A stretch of DNA of 64,000 nt from Eledone cirrhosa (GCA_964016885.1 OZ024752.1:45136001-45200000), one strand, 5' to 3'; positions 26,241 to 40,435 are shown, counted from the stretch's first letter. Made by a program: numbers and translations. The notes: generated by a model not told the origin, from the letters alone.

Positions 26241-26685
26241 GTGTTGTGGTGTCGTTCATGTCTTTCTTGATGTTATTGCTCCTACTTAAGGTCAACTTCT
26301 AAATCATTTGGGTGTTCCATAAACTACATCCTCGTTTTGTTTCTCATCTATCTAGACTATATTTTAACCTGTAATCCATGTTTCATTTCTGTTGGTGTCG
26401 TTCATGTCTTTCTTAAAATACAGTAAAAAAAATCTTCCAGATACACCAGATACTTCGAGAGAGGGGGGGGGGATATACTTAATTACGTACATTGAGAGAA
26501 GGGGGGGGGAAGGTAGATATATTGAGAGGGTGGGAGAGAGAAAGGTAGTTATATTGAGAGAGAGGGAGAGAATAAGTTATGTATTTTGAGGGAGGGGGTA
26601 GAGAGTAAGTTAGATATATTGAGAAGGGGGAGAGAATTAATTACATCTATTGAAGGAGGGGGATATATATATATATATATATATA

Positions 26686-27402
26686 TAGGGGGGGGGGGTC
26701 GTAACAAAAATCCATAGCCTTTTTAAGTGAAATTCTTTATCAATATTTATCCACATATTTTCTGTTTTCTTCCAAAATCGTTCGCCATCTTTCAGGCAAC
26801 TTCATGATGACATCCGCCCAGAATTTGGCATTTTTCTGGTCTCGGTTTGTTTGCAGTCTTCTCACGAATCGAAATTATGTGGCAGCGAATCACATATCAA
26901 ATACCTTGTAACACTCATATGAGATATGTGAAATGTCTTTGTGATATCCTGTGTTACCTGGTTTATTTTTTATTAAAGTCTCGATTCGGTCATTTTCAAC
27001 GACTATAAGCCTACCCAAACATGGTCTTCTAGTTCAAAATATTCGGCTGTAAACTTAACGAACCACTTACAAACAATGATATCAGCTACGACACCATCTT
27101 TCCAGAAATCAAACAGTATCAAATGCATAAAGAAAAAAAAGCTATGTGCTGCTTATGGAGATGATGTCGTAGTTGAAACCAAACAGTATCAAATGACGAA
27201 GATGCAACTCATGTCCTTCCATTATCAATTTTATCGTAAAACAGTAGATGTAAATAATTTGAACAATATTCAGTTAGAAAACTGCGTTGAGATCTCCTCT
27301 TTCAGACAAATGCCATATGCCTCTGCCTCATGATCAACTAAATACAGTAATTAAACACAACCGATAGAAAAACGCTACAAACTTCTGTTACAACCCTCCT
27401 AT
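26686..27402 (-). mobile_element. Internally deleted mariner element
   Basis: Minus strand gives MEGHELHLRHLILF, VCKWFVKF and FWADVIMKLPERWRTILEEN; imperfect TIRs GGGTCGTAACAAAAAT / CTTCTGTTACAACCC with TA flanks. Confidence 0.85.
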
Positions 27403-27410
27403 ACACACAC

Positions 27411-27613
27411 TCAGAGTGGCTCGAAAAAATGTATACACATTTTGATTACCTGTACAGGCAATATTTATTAGAATTCACAGCCTTTCCCCCCCAAATAAAA
27501 TGATCTACAGACATAATTGAAATGTACGTAAAAACCCTAAAATGTTTAGAGAATTTAAATAAGTATTTTGTTTTTGCTATTGAAGTGTATACACATTTTG
27601 AGGACACCTTGTA
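27411..27613. mobile_element. Tc1/mariner-like MITE, longer copy
   Basis: TIRs and TTACCTGTACAGGCAATAT core shared with 2576 and 58781. Confidence 0.7.
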
Positions 27614-27677
27614 TGTATATATATATATAGAGAGAAAATTTTCTCTATAACCTTCGTTTTGTGTAGTAAATTACACT

Positions 27678-27720
<43 letters not shown>

Positions 27721-28121
27721 TGGTGTCAGGCTTTGGCAAGAGATTTAGGGAGTATGCTTCTCAATAACGAAACCCGGAATTCAATTTAATTGTGTGTTAT
27801 CCTGCAGGTATGTTTTCCTTTTATCATATTCACGAGACGACCCAAGACTTGAGAAGGGAATTGAGTAGACAGGAATTGTGTGAAATTCCGTCAGACTTAA
27901 CGTTCCTGTAACCCAAATAAATATCCAATCTTGTGACAAACTGTGTCTCGTTAAATCTTCCTTGTATGGTGTACTTATAGTTAATTCTGATGCTAATTTG
28001 TTGAGCAGGATGTTGAAATGGTGGATCAACTTGATACTTATAGGTTGCTCTCAATGGGAGGGTTCATCATAACATTATCACGTACATGTGTGTATTTTAT
28101 TGTGGAACCAACATTAAAACT

Positions 28122-28515
28122 TAGCTAGACAAGACGAAATGGTCCTCTTTATAACACATTGACATCGTGGCACCAGGATTAACAATTTATTGTGTGTACT
28201 GGGTATATTTTATCATGACACCTATACAGAAACTTTATTGGTAGCTAGACAAGACGAAATGGTCCTCTTTATAACACATTGACATCGTGGCACCAAAGTT
28301 AACAATTTATTGTGTGTACTGGGTATATTTTATCATGACACCTATACAGAAACTTTATTGGTAGCTTGACAAGACGAAATGGTCCTCTTTATAACACATT
28401 GACATCGTGGCACCAGGATTAACAATTTATTGTGTGTACTGGGTATATTTTATCATGACACCTATACAGAAACTTTATTGGTAGCTAGACAAGACGAAAT
28501 GGTCCTCTTTATAAT
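28122..28515. repeat. 120-bp tandem repeat x3.3
   Basis: TAGCTAGACAAGACGAAAT-like unit start at 28122, 28242, 28362 and 28482. Confidence 0.95.
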
Positions 28516-28756
28516 GCATTGACCCGGTTCATTCGTCAATGATATTCCAAGTATAGAAATTGCTAACTCTTTGATTTGCAACATTTTCACTCATGTCAAG
28601 CCATTGAATGTACCGAAGCCATTAACAGCAGGTGGCTAATATAAAAATGGCTAGGAATCAATTTATTTCGGTTCGTCTGTTTATTGTGTTTATATCTGAA
28701 ATATTTGTAAATAAAAGACCAAATGATTGATATCTTTATACTTACATATACACACA

Positions 28757-28794
<38 letters not shown>

Positions 28795-28876
28795 GGTGTG
28801 GGTGTATATATAAATGTATGCACATATGTATATTATGTGCATGTATATATATATATATTATATATATATAATATGG

Positions 28877-28908
<32 letters not shown>

Positions 28909-28928
28909 AAATATATGTGCATGTATAT

Positions 28929-28986
<58 letters not shown>

Positions 28987-29364
28987 ATGTATGTGTACAC
29001 ACACACACACACACACACACATGTTATACTCTTTCCAGTTTGTCTGTCTCCAATTCAAAATTTATTTAATTGAATCTGTCAAGAGAAAAGGTTTAGAGAA
29101 GATGAAATAATATTCGGAAGTGACCCAGCAGCAAAGTTGGTGTGAAGGAACATATTGAGAAAGATATCTTCGCATTTATTATAATGTAATGAAAGGAAAA
29201 ATCATCATTATCATCGTTTTATGTCCACCTACAACGTTGGCATGGGTTGGACAGGTTGTTAGGGTCCATGATAAAACTCGTCACAGAAACCCTATTATCA
29301 TATGTTCCATATTTGGTTATCACAGTTTCCAAAATAGGAATATACTGGCTGCATTTTATCTTGA

Positions 29365-29650
29365 CAGCAACGCATCCACTTTACAGAGTGTACAGGGTGC
29401 ATTTCATCATGACACCAACACGTCCACTTTGCAGAGTGTACAGGGTGTATTTTATCAAGACACCAACACATCCACTTTACAGAGTATATTTTATCATGAC
29501 ACCAACACTACCACTTTACAGAGTGTACAAGGTGTATTATATCATGGCACCAACACTACCACTTTACAGAGTGTACAGGGTGAATTATATTATGGCACCC
29601 ACACTACCACTTTACAGAGTGTACTGGGTGTATTATATCATGGCACCATA
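29365..29650. repeat. 48-bp SINE-derived minisatellite, diverged
   Basis: CCACTTTACAGAGTGTAC core; same unit at 50685 and 53298. Confidence 0.85.
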
Positions 29651-30812
29651 TCCATGTTTCTGTTGATGTTTCTGATTCTGTATATGACCTATAATTTAGT
29701 AGTTCAATCAAAACAGATCAATAAAATAAATACCAAGCTTTAACAGACTCTGTAGTGGGGTTGATAACCCCCCCACACCATCCTACTTTAAACAGTGCCC
29801 CAGTATGGCCACTGACTGAAGGACATAAAAGTAGAAAAAAAAATGAATAAAAGAATAACGAATCGCGAATAATGAATTTATATCATATTGGAAAACATTT
29901 AAACAACAAAATAACAAAACAATATAAATAAATCATATTGTCAACATTTAAAATATTGGAAGGTTTTACACAAAAAATATGTTACCATATAAATGTTCAA
30001 ATTAATGTAATTATATATATGTGTGTATGTACATATGTGTGTGTGTGTGTATGTGTGTTTGCTATGAGAGCGTTAGTTATGAGTCAGTTGATATATTTTT
30101 ATCACATTGCTTAGCATGAGTCAGTCGGTTTATTTCTAGCTTTAAAAAAAAGTACTTTCACCATCACCACCACCACCACCATTATCACCACCACCACCAC
30201 CACCACCACCCCTCCATCACCTTCATCATCATCACTTTTACATAACTGTATCGGCGGTTGGGACAGTTTTTTTCTAGACCAATGTTTTATTTATTGACTT
30301 TAAAAAAATGGAAAGCAAAGTTAAGCTCCGTGGGATTTGAACTCAGAACCCAGTCAACCAGAACAAATAGTAAAAACATTTAATCCAACACTCTAACAAC
30401 TTTGCCAATTTGCCACCACAAGAATCTCATTAGAATTCTTTGAGATTCCTGAAATTCTGTAATTTTTAAACCTAATTAAAATCAAGAGTGGGTACCCCCG
30501 TGCACCTCTGCAAAAGAAATAGATACTCATCAAGGCTCTTTAGATTTCACCCTTTTGATACCAACCCACCTAAAACTGCTTCTGGTTCTGAGAAAGAAAG
30601 CCAGCTTTTTGCAGGATTCCTATATATATTATTTACCATGAAAATACAATAGTATATATAGAGTAATGTAACTGCTATAAGGGTAAATAGGTACATCTAG
30701 TACAGTATATAGGTGACACATAAGTTCTTATATGACCCTATTGTTGGTCGATAGTCCTTGAACCTACTGTTATACACTAATAAAAACACCTCTCAATGAC
30801 TATGCATCATAT

Positions 30813-30925
<113 letters not shown>

Positions 30926-31061
30926 ATTTATATCTTGAACACATATAAAACACTCATTTTTTTCATTTGTAGACATTCAATGTTTAATATTGGAGCTGAT
31001 ATTCAGTAATAAAACGACTTCCATCATTAACCCTTTTGATATTAATCATGGCGCAAGTACA

Positions 31062-31280
31062 ATGGTTTCTTATATAGGCACAAGGCCAGCAATTTTGGGA
31101 GAGGGGTAAGTCGATTAAATCAACTCCAGTGTATTACTGGTACTTTATTTTATCGACCCCGTAAGGATGAAAGGCAAAGTTAACCTCGGCGGGATTTGAA
31201 CTCAGATCAGAAAGGGCCATAACTCTATGCTGCAAAGCATGGTGTCAAACCCTCTACTAATACTGCCAAGCCACCACCCT
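31062..31280 (-). mobile_element. SINE family A, full length
   Basis: Consensus match. Confidence 0.9.
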
Positions 31281-31440
31281 ATGGCACAATTATAATAGTT
31301 AGTTATGTGATGATGTCTCCCCTCTTGGGCCCTTATGTCTGTATTTTCAGTGTTTGCTTTGGGATCTACGGTCATTTTCTTTTGGGAAGAAATAAAATAA
31401 AGGATTTTGTTGTTTAATTTTTAACTAGTAACACCTTATC

Positions 31441-31476
<36 letters not shown>

Positions 31477-31633
31477 GAACAGGTATGACCCCGACGGCAG
31501 AGCTCAAGCCATGAGACGGCTTGAGCTCTGCTGTTAGGGTCATACTTGTTCCTCTTACCCACTCTACTACCCTAAGTATTGAGTACTTTGGTGCATTCTG
31601 GTCCATCTGGTTCCTTACCACAATTCCTTTGTT
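31477..31633 (+). mobile_element. Fold-back element family P
   Basis: 34-bp-arm imperfect palindrome at 31477-31551 plus family tail. Confidence 0.8.
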
Positions 31634-31652
31634 ATATATATATATATGTGTG

Positions 31653-31928
31653 TGGAGGCACGTGTGGCCTAGTGGTAAGGGTATTGGACTTACAATCATA
31701 ATGTCGTGGGTTCGATTCCTGGACAGGGCTGTGTGTTGTGTTCTTGAGTAAAACACTTCATATCACATTGCTCCAGTATACTCAGCTGAAAATGAGTACC
31801 AGTAATAGCTGGGAGTTTAACCCTGTGATGGACTGGAGTCCTGTCCAGGGGAAAGTCTTGTACTCTCAGTCGCTTCACGCCATGAAACCAAGATAACCAC
31901 CAGCCAAATGAGCCTTCTGGCTTAAGAC
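31653..31928 (+). mobile_element. tRNA-headed SINE with family-B-like head and a different (V-SINE-like) 3' part
   Basis: TGGCCTAGTGG A-box, GGTTCGATTCC B-box, CCCTGTGATGGACTGG.GTCCTGTCCAGGGG. Confidence 0.8.
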
Positions 31929-31964
31929 AGACTTAGACACATGTAAATACATATATATATATAC

Positions 31965-32203
<239 letters not shown>

Positions 32204-32208
32204 TATAC

Positions 32209-32429
32209 ATAACGAAGGAAATGTGGTGAGGAACCAGGTGGACCATAACGCACCAAAGTACTCAATACTTAGGGTAGTAGAGTGGGTAATAGGAACAAGT
32301 AAGACCCCGACGGCTGAGCTCAAGCTGTTTCGACGGCTAATTCTGGTAAGGAACCAGGTGGACCATAACGCACAGAATTAGCCGTCGAAACGGCTTGAGC
32401 TCAGCCATCGGGGTCTTACTTGTTCCTAT
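32209..32429 (-). mobile_element. Fold-back element family P with templated spacer
   Basis: Arms 32289-32345 and 32373-32429; the 27-nt spacer copies 32226-32252. Confidence 0.85.
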
Positions 32430-32907
32430 ATATATACATATATATATACATACATATATATATACATATATATACATATACATACATATATATATATACA
32501 TATATATACATATATATATACATATATATATACATATATATACATATATATATACATATATATACATATATATATATGGAAATTCTGGTTCTGAACATGA
32601 TGTTAGAACATTTGAGCAATGGGACTTTTAATGTTCATTTCTCAGAGAATCAATTTTCTCGGTGAACTGTGAATATTCTATAGCCAATATTCAATATTTC
32701 ATTAATCATAGAATTTCTAACAATAATTTTGATAATGAAATTTTAATAATAAATTATAATTGAATTGATTAAGTTAAAAGGATTACCTCATCCATACATG
32801 AATATTGTCATATACACACACATACACTCATATATACATACATACACACATATATACATATATATACATACATTCGTACGTACATACATACATATATATA
32901 TACATAC

Positions 32908-33190
32908 AGGATGATGATAGCTGCCCCCTCGTTATCGAGTATGGCCATTGCACGATATACCATTATTAATCATTATTAATTAACTCTATCGTGCAATGCC
33001 TGTGCATGAAGATTTTTTTGAAAGTGAGGAAAGACTGTGCACTGAGCCAATCCCACTCTCTGAGCGACAGTAGCTATAACCCAAAGAGAAGAAAAGATCA
33101 ACATCATCGGTAACTACTGAGCCGCAGGTTTTATGTCAGAGGTATCCGAGTTGTCTTCTCCTAGAAGAATGCCCTGACAAAGACTAGGGG
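32908..33190 (-). mobile_element. Non-autonomous bipartite RTE-derived element
   Basis: Minus strand has CTAGGAGAAGACAACTC (RTE 5' UTR-type motif) and a TCGATAACGAGGGGGCAGC(TAT/CAT)n tail. Confidence 0.7.
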
Positions 33191-34657
33191 TCTTGGGAGA
33201 AAAAGACCCCTATACATACATATGTATATACTACATACATATGTACATACATAAATACATACATACATACATACATAAATACAGCTTGTAGTATGGAGGA
33301 AGAAGTAACATGAATTTCAAAGGCTGTATGTTTAAGGAGTTCACATTGCAACTCCAAAGTTTCAGGTTCAATTCCATGGCATGGCACCTTGGGTTAATGT
33401 CTTCTTCTATAGCCTCGGGTTTACCAATATCTTGTGAGTGAAATTTGGTAGACAGAAACTGCAGAAGCCTGCCATGTGTGTGTGTATGTGTATGTATATG
33501 TGTGTGTGTATATGTGTATGCGTGTGTGTGTGTGTATGCGTGTGTATGCACGTGTGCACTCATATTGGTATTTACATTCCTGTTTGAATCTTTATCCTGT
33601 GACTTAGTAGTTCGACAAGAAAAGAATAATAAAATGAGTGCCAAACTTAAAAAAACATAAGTACTGGGGATGATATGATCTCTCTCTCTCTTCCTCTCTC
33701 TCTCTTTCTCTCGACCTCTCTTTCTCCCCCTCTCTCGACCTGCCCCTCTCCTCCCTCTCTCTCTCTCTGTACTTTATCGTGTTACTTTTCTACCCCCCTC
33801 CTGTCATAATTGTAGAACTCTCCTTTTTCTTCTTTTTCTACTTTTTCTACTTTTTCTCTTTCCCTCATGCAATCTCTTCTCCTCTCACTCTTTCCCCCAC
33901 CCTTTCCAATATTTAGACGCCATTTTGCATGACTGCTCACCATGCAAGCTGCTGACGTCCACACAAGTAATCTCCCATTCTATTACTCAACTAATTGCAA
34001 TGTTAATTGTGTAATACTCAACTATTTCTATGTTAATTTCATGAGCAGGCTGTTCTATTGTTCAAACAACAAGAGCATTCGTTGTTGGAAACCATCAAAG
34101 ATCCAACACACACATCAATCTATCTATCTATCTATATATCTTTCTTTCACCTCTTTCAGCACAACTACTGCTTTCCCTTTCCAACGTGACAGAAAAATGG
34201 AAACCAATGAAATAAAAGAAAAAAACCTTTACACATGACTTAGCAATTCTATAGACTAAGATAGGTATATGCGTGTGAGTATCTCAAATTGTTCTCCACT
34301 TTACCATGACTATAAGTTTAAAAAAAAAGTACCTTTGTGCGTTTGATTTTCTCTACAGTAACAATATGTTTAATTGTTGCCTTGCAAATCAAAGTGCATC
34401 ACAATGTGTGCATGTGTAAAGAATACGGTGATGCATGATGGCAATCGCAGTAGCCGAAGAAGGAAAACATTTTATTGACTACCTGTCATCTACAAATGAA
34501 CTTTCAAAAGACTCGCATACATACATACATGCACATACACATACATGCATATACATACACATGCATATAATATTCTACATATTTATTTGTTTTATTAGAC
34601 TTTATACAGATATATATATGTGTGTGTATGTGTGTGCTTGAATATATATATTTATAC

Positions 34658-34716
<59 letters not shown>

Positions 34717-34719
34717 CAT

Positions 34720-34846
<127 letters not shown>

Positions 34847-35279
34847 CATACATACAGAGAGAGAGAAAGAGAGTGAGTGAAGGGTTACTATTATGAGTAT
34901 GTAATTTTAGTAATGAACCATTTTTAGCTTTGCTCGAAAAAAATAGATAAAATTGGATAAAAATCGTTTTCAGAAGTGACATTCTGGTTAGGTTTGTTTT
35001 TGTTGATTGTTTGGGGGGTGGGGCTGTGGTGTGGTGGGGTGGGGCTGGGAGGTTTGGAGCTCGAGCAGTTATGGCGATGGAGGTTTCAGTTTCGGTATGT
35101 AAGTTGCAGAGCATTGCACAGAAACTCATAAGCTCAGGGAGATTCAGCATTGACACAATATTGAGCATTAATTGAACAATTTCACTCTCACATGCCATCT
35201 CTCTCTCTCTCTCTCTCACCTCCTCTCTCTCTCTCGTACACCTGCTCAATCTCTCTCTCACTGCCTCTCTCATGCCCAC

Positions 35280-35806
35280 AATATCTCCCATAACATTTAC
35301 ATTACTCTATATATACTATTGTATTTTCATGGTAAAGGCTTTACCTCACATAATATCTCACATAACATTTACATTACTCTATATATACTATTGTATTTTC
35401 ACAGTAAAGGCTTTACCTCACATAATATCTCACATAATATTTACATTACTCTATATATACTATTGTATTTTCATGGTAAAGGCTTTACCTCACATAATTG
35501 TTTCTACTTTTGGCACAAGGCCAGCAATTACCCCAGTGTATTACTGGTACTTTATTTTATCGACCTCGTAAGGATGAAAGGCAAAGTTAACCTCGGCGAG
35601 ATTTGAACTCAGAATGGCAAGGGCCGTAACTCTATACGTCAAAGCATGGCGTCCGACCCTCTACCGATACTGCCAATCCACCATGAGATTTTGATATTAT
35701 TTATTTTGAGAACAATACCTTAACATCAGTATGAGTAGCTGGTTTGAACAGAAAGAGGTGAGAGGATTCTGGCTGGATATGGCCAGTTTAAATGCTGAAG
35801 GGATAA
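35280..35806. mobile_element. piggyBac-like MITE with 78-bp internal tandem and a nested family A SINE (35495-35682, minus)
   Basis: Same unit as 14035-14260 in the opposite orientation; ends AATGCTGAAGGG. Confidence 0.75.
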
Positions 35807-36396
35807 ACATACACATATTTCTGGAATGCTCAGTCACTTGCATGTAATTTGATGAGCAGGCAGTCTCATTGATTAAACAACTTATACAAAATATAGCACA
35901 TCTATGTGTGTGTATGTGTGTGTGAGTATCACTGTGTGTTTGTATGTGTGAGTATCACTGTGTGTGTGTGTGTGAGCTTCACTGTGTGTGTATGTGAGCA
36001 TCACTATGTGTGTGTGTGAGAGAGCATCACTGTGTGTGTCTGTGAGAGCATCACTATGTGTGTGTGTATATGTATGTGTGTGTGTGTGTGTGCCACAGTT
36101 TTGAGTTTTTTTCCAGTTCTGCTATTTTAACCGAGATCTACTAAAGAACCTGGAGATTCTAAATGTATCAGAAATCAATAGAACTGAACTTACCACATGT
36201 ATATATCTCACACACACACACACATATATATATAGAGAGAGATATATACACACACATGTATATATCTCACACACACACATATATATATAGAGAGAGATAT
36301 ATATACACACATGTATATATCTCACACACACACATATATATATAGAGATATATATACACACATGTATAAATATATATATAATTATTAATTATATAT

Positions 36397-36442
<46 letters not shown>

Positions 36443-36847
36443 TATGGCATATATACATGTATACTTGAATATCTAAAAGTACAATTATATACATGTTCAC
36501 TTTCATATACATACACATACACTCACACACATACATGCACATACACTCACACACATACATACACACAACTATATACGTATTTTAAAAAATATAATGACAT
36601 GATATATATATATATATAACCAAAGCAAAGGAGCCACAAACAAAATGGGGCACACACATACATACATTTATATGTATGTGTGTGTGTATGAGAATATATA
36701 TATATATATATGTGTCATCATCATCATCATTATCATCGTTTAATGTCCATCTTCCACGCTTGCATGGGTGTATATATATATTTAGGTGTATATATATATA
36801 CATTAAATTCAAATATTAACAAAATAGATGTTCTTGTGATCAATTAA

Positions 36848-36911
36848 ATTTTATTATACATATTTCAGAGGTACTTGAATCAGGTTCAACTACGTCCTCA
36901 TCAGATAAAAT
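36848..36911 (-). ncRNA. Type I hammerhead ribozyme (left arm)
   Basis: Exact reverse complement of 37021-37084. Confidence 0.8.
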
Positions 36912-37020
36912 AAAATGATACATGACATACCCTGAGATGTTAGATGCTTAAGATTTAATCAAGACTACCTTGATTAAATCTTAACCATCTAACATCTCAG
37001 GGTATGTCATGTATCATTTT

Positions 37021-37084
37021 ATTTTATCTGATGAGGACGTAGTTGAACCTGATTCAAGTACCTCTGAAATATGTATAATAAAAT
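37021..37084 (+). ncRNA. Type I hammerhead ribozyme (right arm)
   Basis: AUUUUAU-CUGAUGA-GGACGUAGUUGAA(CCUGA)UUCAAGUACCUCU-GAAA-UAUGUA-UA-AUAAAAU; helix I 7 bp. Confidence 0.8.
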
Positions 37085-37225
37085 TTAATTGATCACAAGA
37101 ACATCTATTTTGTTAATATTTGAATTTAATATTAATAACTCTGAAAAATATTTTCTGTAGAGTGCTTCCAATCTACTGTAAAACTCATTCTTTGATGTAC
37201 TCATTGAATCTTGTTTAACTCTTTA

Positions 37226-37414
37226 ATAATTGTTTCTACTTTAGGCACAAGGCCAGCAAATACCCAGTGCATTACTGGTACTTTATTTTATCGACCCCGT
37301 AAGGATGAAAGGCAAAGTCAACCTCGGCGGGATTTGAACTCAGATCGTAAAGGGACGTAACTATGCTGAAAGCATGGCGTCCGACTCTCTACCGATACTG
37401 CCAATCCACCGCCC
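37226..37414 (-). mobile_element. SINE family A, full length
   Basis: Nearly identical to 7617-7806. Confidence 0.9.
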
Positions 37415-37423
37415 ATAATCTTT

Positions 37424-37460
<37 letters not shown>

Positions 37461-37859
37461 TATGTATATATATATATATGTAGTTATGTATATATGTATA
37501 TGTATATATGTATATATATATATATATATATTTGACAGCTAGATCTGAACGGATCTCGCTGTCGAAATGACTGGAGCTCAGCCACCAGTTCCCGTATGAG
37601 CAAGGCGAGGTCAGCCGACCGGACACTGACCACAACAGGACAACCCGTCTCACCCATGCTAGTGTATAAGAACGGACATAAAACGGTGATGATGATGATG
37701 AGTCATTGCTTTTGGCCTCCTGGACATACAGTGGCTCCTATTAAACATAGACTTGCTATGTGATGACCCATCCAACCCATGCCGGCATGGAAAAAAAAAC
37801 TGATGTTAAATGATGGTGATGGTGATGGTGATAAGGATGATGTTGATGATGATGATGCT

Positions 37860-38290
37860 GAACATTCCCTTGAATTATTCTAACTTCAGCCATGTTGTTG
37901 ACATTTTCATGAAGTTGTTCCACCATTATTCTTTCTAATCGAAGAAAGTATCTCTTTGTCAGCCGCAAAAGCAGAATTTTTCTTAGCCTGGTCTTCTGCC
38001 ATCTCAGTTTTCTATAGACGATGATGTCAAAGTCTGCTACCAGATCAATACTCTGTTCAACGAAGTGACAGAACATATTTATCAATTCCTCTACAAACTA
38101 TATTCTGTTGTCGTCGATTACAGCTGCTTTCCATCAATGGAGAATATCACCAAGTCTGGTTTAAATTCTGTTACATGGATTATATAATATCTCATTCCTG
38201 CCTTCACTTCCCTCACAATCTCTTCACTTTTCTGTGAATCTCCTGGGTTGTGAAGTGTTCCAGGGTGGAGCATGATATCACCTTCATCTA
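37860..38290 (-). pseudogene. Possible decayed coding sequence of unknown family
   Basis: Complex protein-like frames (IDEGDIMLHPG...IDGKQL*; FVEELINMFCHF...IIQGNVQ) broken by stops or frameshift. Confidence 0.3.
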
Positions 38291-38319
38291 TCTATCTCTG
38301 TCACATGTTAAAGCTTGGA

Positions 38320-38776
38320 TTATCAATGAGCTTTTTCCCTTCAGGGTTGTGAGGGGTGCTTCAGGTTCAGGTTGGATCTGTGAACCAGGATTTAGGTTAT
38401 CAATGAGGTTTTTCCCTTCAGGGTTGTGAGGGGTACTTCAGGTTCAGGTTGGATCTGTGAACCAGGATTTAGGTTATCAATGAGGTTTTTCCCTTCAGGG
38501 TTGTGAGGGGTGCTTCAGGTTCAGGTTGGATCTGTGAACCAGGATTTAGGTTATCATGAGGTTTTTCCCTTCAGGGTTGTGAGGGCTACTTCAGGTTCAG
38601 GTTGGATCTGTGAACCAGGATTTAGGTTATCATGAGGTTTTTCCCTTCAGGGTTGTGAGGGGTACTTCAGGTTCAGGTTGGATCTGTGAACCAGGATTTA
38701 GGTTATCATGAGGTTTTTCCCTTCAGGGTTGTGAGGGGTACTTCAGGTTCAGGTTGGATCTGTGAACCAGGATTTA
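38320..38776. repeat. 76-77-bp tandem repeat x6
   Basis: CCCTTCAGGGTTGTGAGGGGTACTTCAGGTTCAGGTTGGATCTGTGAACCAGG unit; diverged copy at about 38887-38945. Confidence 0.95.
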
Positions 38777-39015
38777 CCATATTTCCCGTCACTGAAAATG
38801 CTTCGTCCTCGGGGACACATGGTAGATTTTTGAGACTTATTTCAGGAAAGAAGTAGCGTCTTCTACACCGGTAAATCTGGTGGGTAATCATGAAGTCTTT
38901 ACCTCTTGGATTGTGAGGAGTGTTTCAGGTTGGATCTGTGAACTGCATTGTTTCAATAGTAATGTGTAGTTTAATAGAAACTTGACTGTTATTTCTAGCA
39001 GATCAAGTGACGACC

Positions 39016-39123
39016 ATGAAGAGGACAACCGATTGGTTAATATTGGTGGAACAACTAACATTGTTAGCAGCAGTAGTGGTAATGGAAGTAGCACCAACTG
39101 TGTGTATATGTGTATATGAACAG
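39016..39123 (+). CDS. Candidate signal-peptide-like first coding exon MKRTTDWLILVEQLTLLAAVVVMEVAPTVCICVYEQ
   Basis: TTATTTCTAGCAG acceptor (38998/39001), ACCATGA start, CAG|GTAATT donor; part of it is microsatellite-like. Confidence 0.3.
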
Positions 39124-40254
39124 GTAATTGTATGTGTGTGTGGTTATGTGGGTGTATATGTGATGATGATGATGACATCAATTTTGATGCTGCTACTGAT
39201 TGTGATACTTATGATGATGATGATGATGATGTTCATGGTGATCATGATGATGATGGTGATGATGGTGATGGTGATGATGCTAATAAAGCTGATAATGTTG
39301 ATGATGATGATGATGATCATCATGTAGTCTGAGCAGCAAGAACAAACTTTTTTAATGAATCAACCATCCATAAAAAGGACACCCCACTAAAAAAAGAAGA
39401 AAAAAAAACGCTGCTATCCCCCCCTCACACCACTAAAAAAAATATCTATATATATCTATATATAAAAAACAAAACAACAGAAACGTTACTCAATGCAACA
39501 CAGCGCAAAGTAAAACAAATAGAGAACTAAAAAGAAACATACAAATACAAAAATACAATACAAAATAAAACAAAAGTAAAATATAAATGAAAGTAAAAGT
39601 GAAAGTGGAACCAACACAAAAGGGGTGTGTACTATTTTAGCCGTTTCTGATTACCCAACTAAATCTATGTATGGAACACAATAAGTGCCGGAGATGCTGT
39701 AAATAACCTATTATCCTCAAAGTAGCTATTTTGCTAGCACCAGCTATTCAATATATCCACCAGTTCTGTCCAATATAGTTTCTATATTTTTGTGATTTAT
39801 TCCAATATTCTTCTAACATCAGCAATCATATTCACTAGACTATTGATACATTGGTGTTCAATAAGTCACTCAATCATCAATCAATCAATAATTCAATCAA
39901 TCAATCATTCTTTGCAGCAAGAATTTGTTCTGATTCTTCTTTATATTTAACCTTATCTTCATCATCACTTTTATCTATCTATATACTACTAAAACTCTGT
40001 GATTGTGTGCTTGTCTGTAATGTAATACAGCCAAAATGGTGCATAATGGGAAAATACTTTGAAAGAAAGTTGCCTCTGATATGGGAATACAAATGGAATA
40101 AAACAAGTTTAGTGTAAATCGGAGCACAGGTTCCTAAGACATGGGGTTTTTCCGGGTACCTTCATAAAGAGAGAGAGAGAAGGATAGAGAGAAAGAGTTA
40201 ATGGTTGTGAGAGAATAGATTGACCATTTCATTTTACATTATATACATGTGAAT

Positions 40255-40435
40255 TGTCAGTATCGGTAGAGGGTTGGACGTGATGCTTTCTAGCATAGAG
40301 TTACGTCCCTTTACTGTCTGAGTTCAAATCCCGCCGAGGTTAACTTTGCCTTTCATCCTTACGAGGTCGATAAAATAAAATACCAGTAATGCACTGGAGT
40401 AATTGCTGGCCTTGTGCCAAAAGTAGAAACAATTA
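40255..40435 (+). mobile_element. SINE family A
   Basis: Consensus match. Confidence 0.9.

Larger units (their letters stand above)
36802..37130. repeat. 329-bp near-perfect palindrome (162-bp arms, 5-nt loop ACTAC)
   Basis: Arms are reverse complements with one mismatch seen. Confidence 0.97.

Noticed and set aside
27730-27806. Plus-strand segment bounded by CAG and CAG|GTATGT
   Set aside because: Stops in all three frames and a weak acceptor; at most a non-coding exon, unsupported
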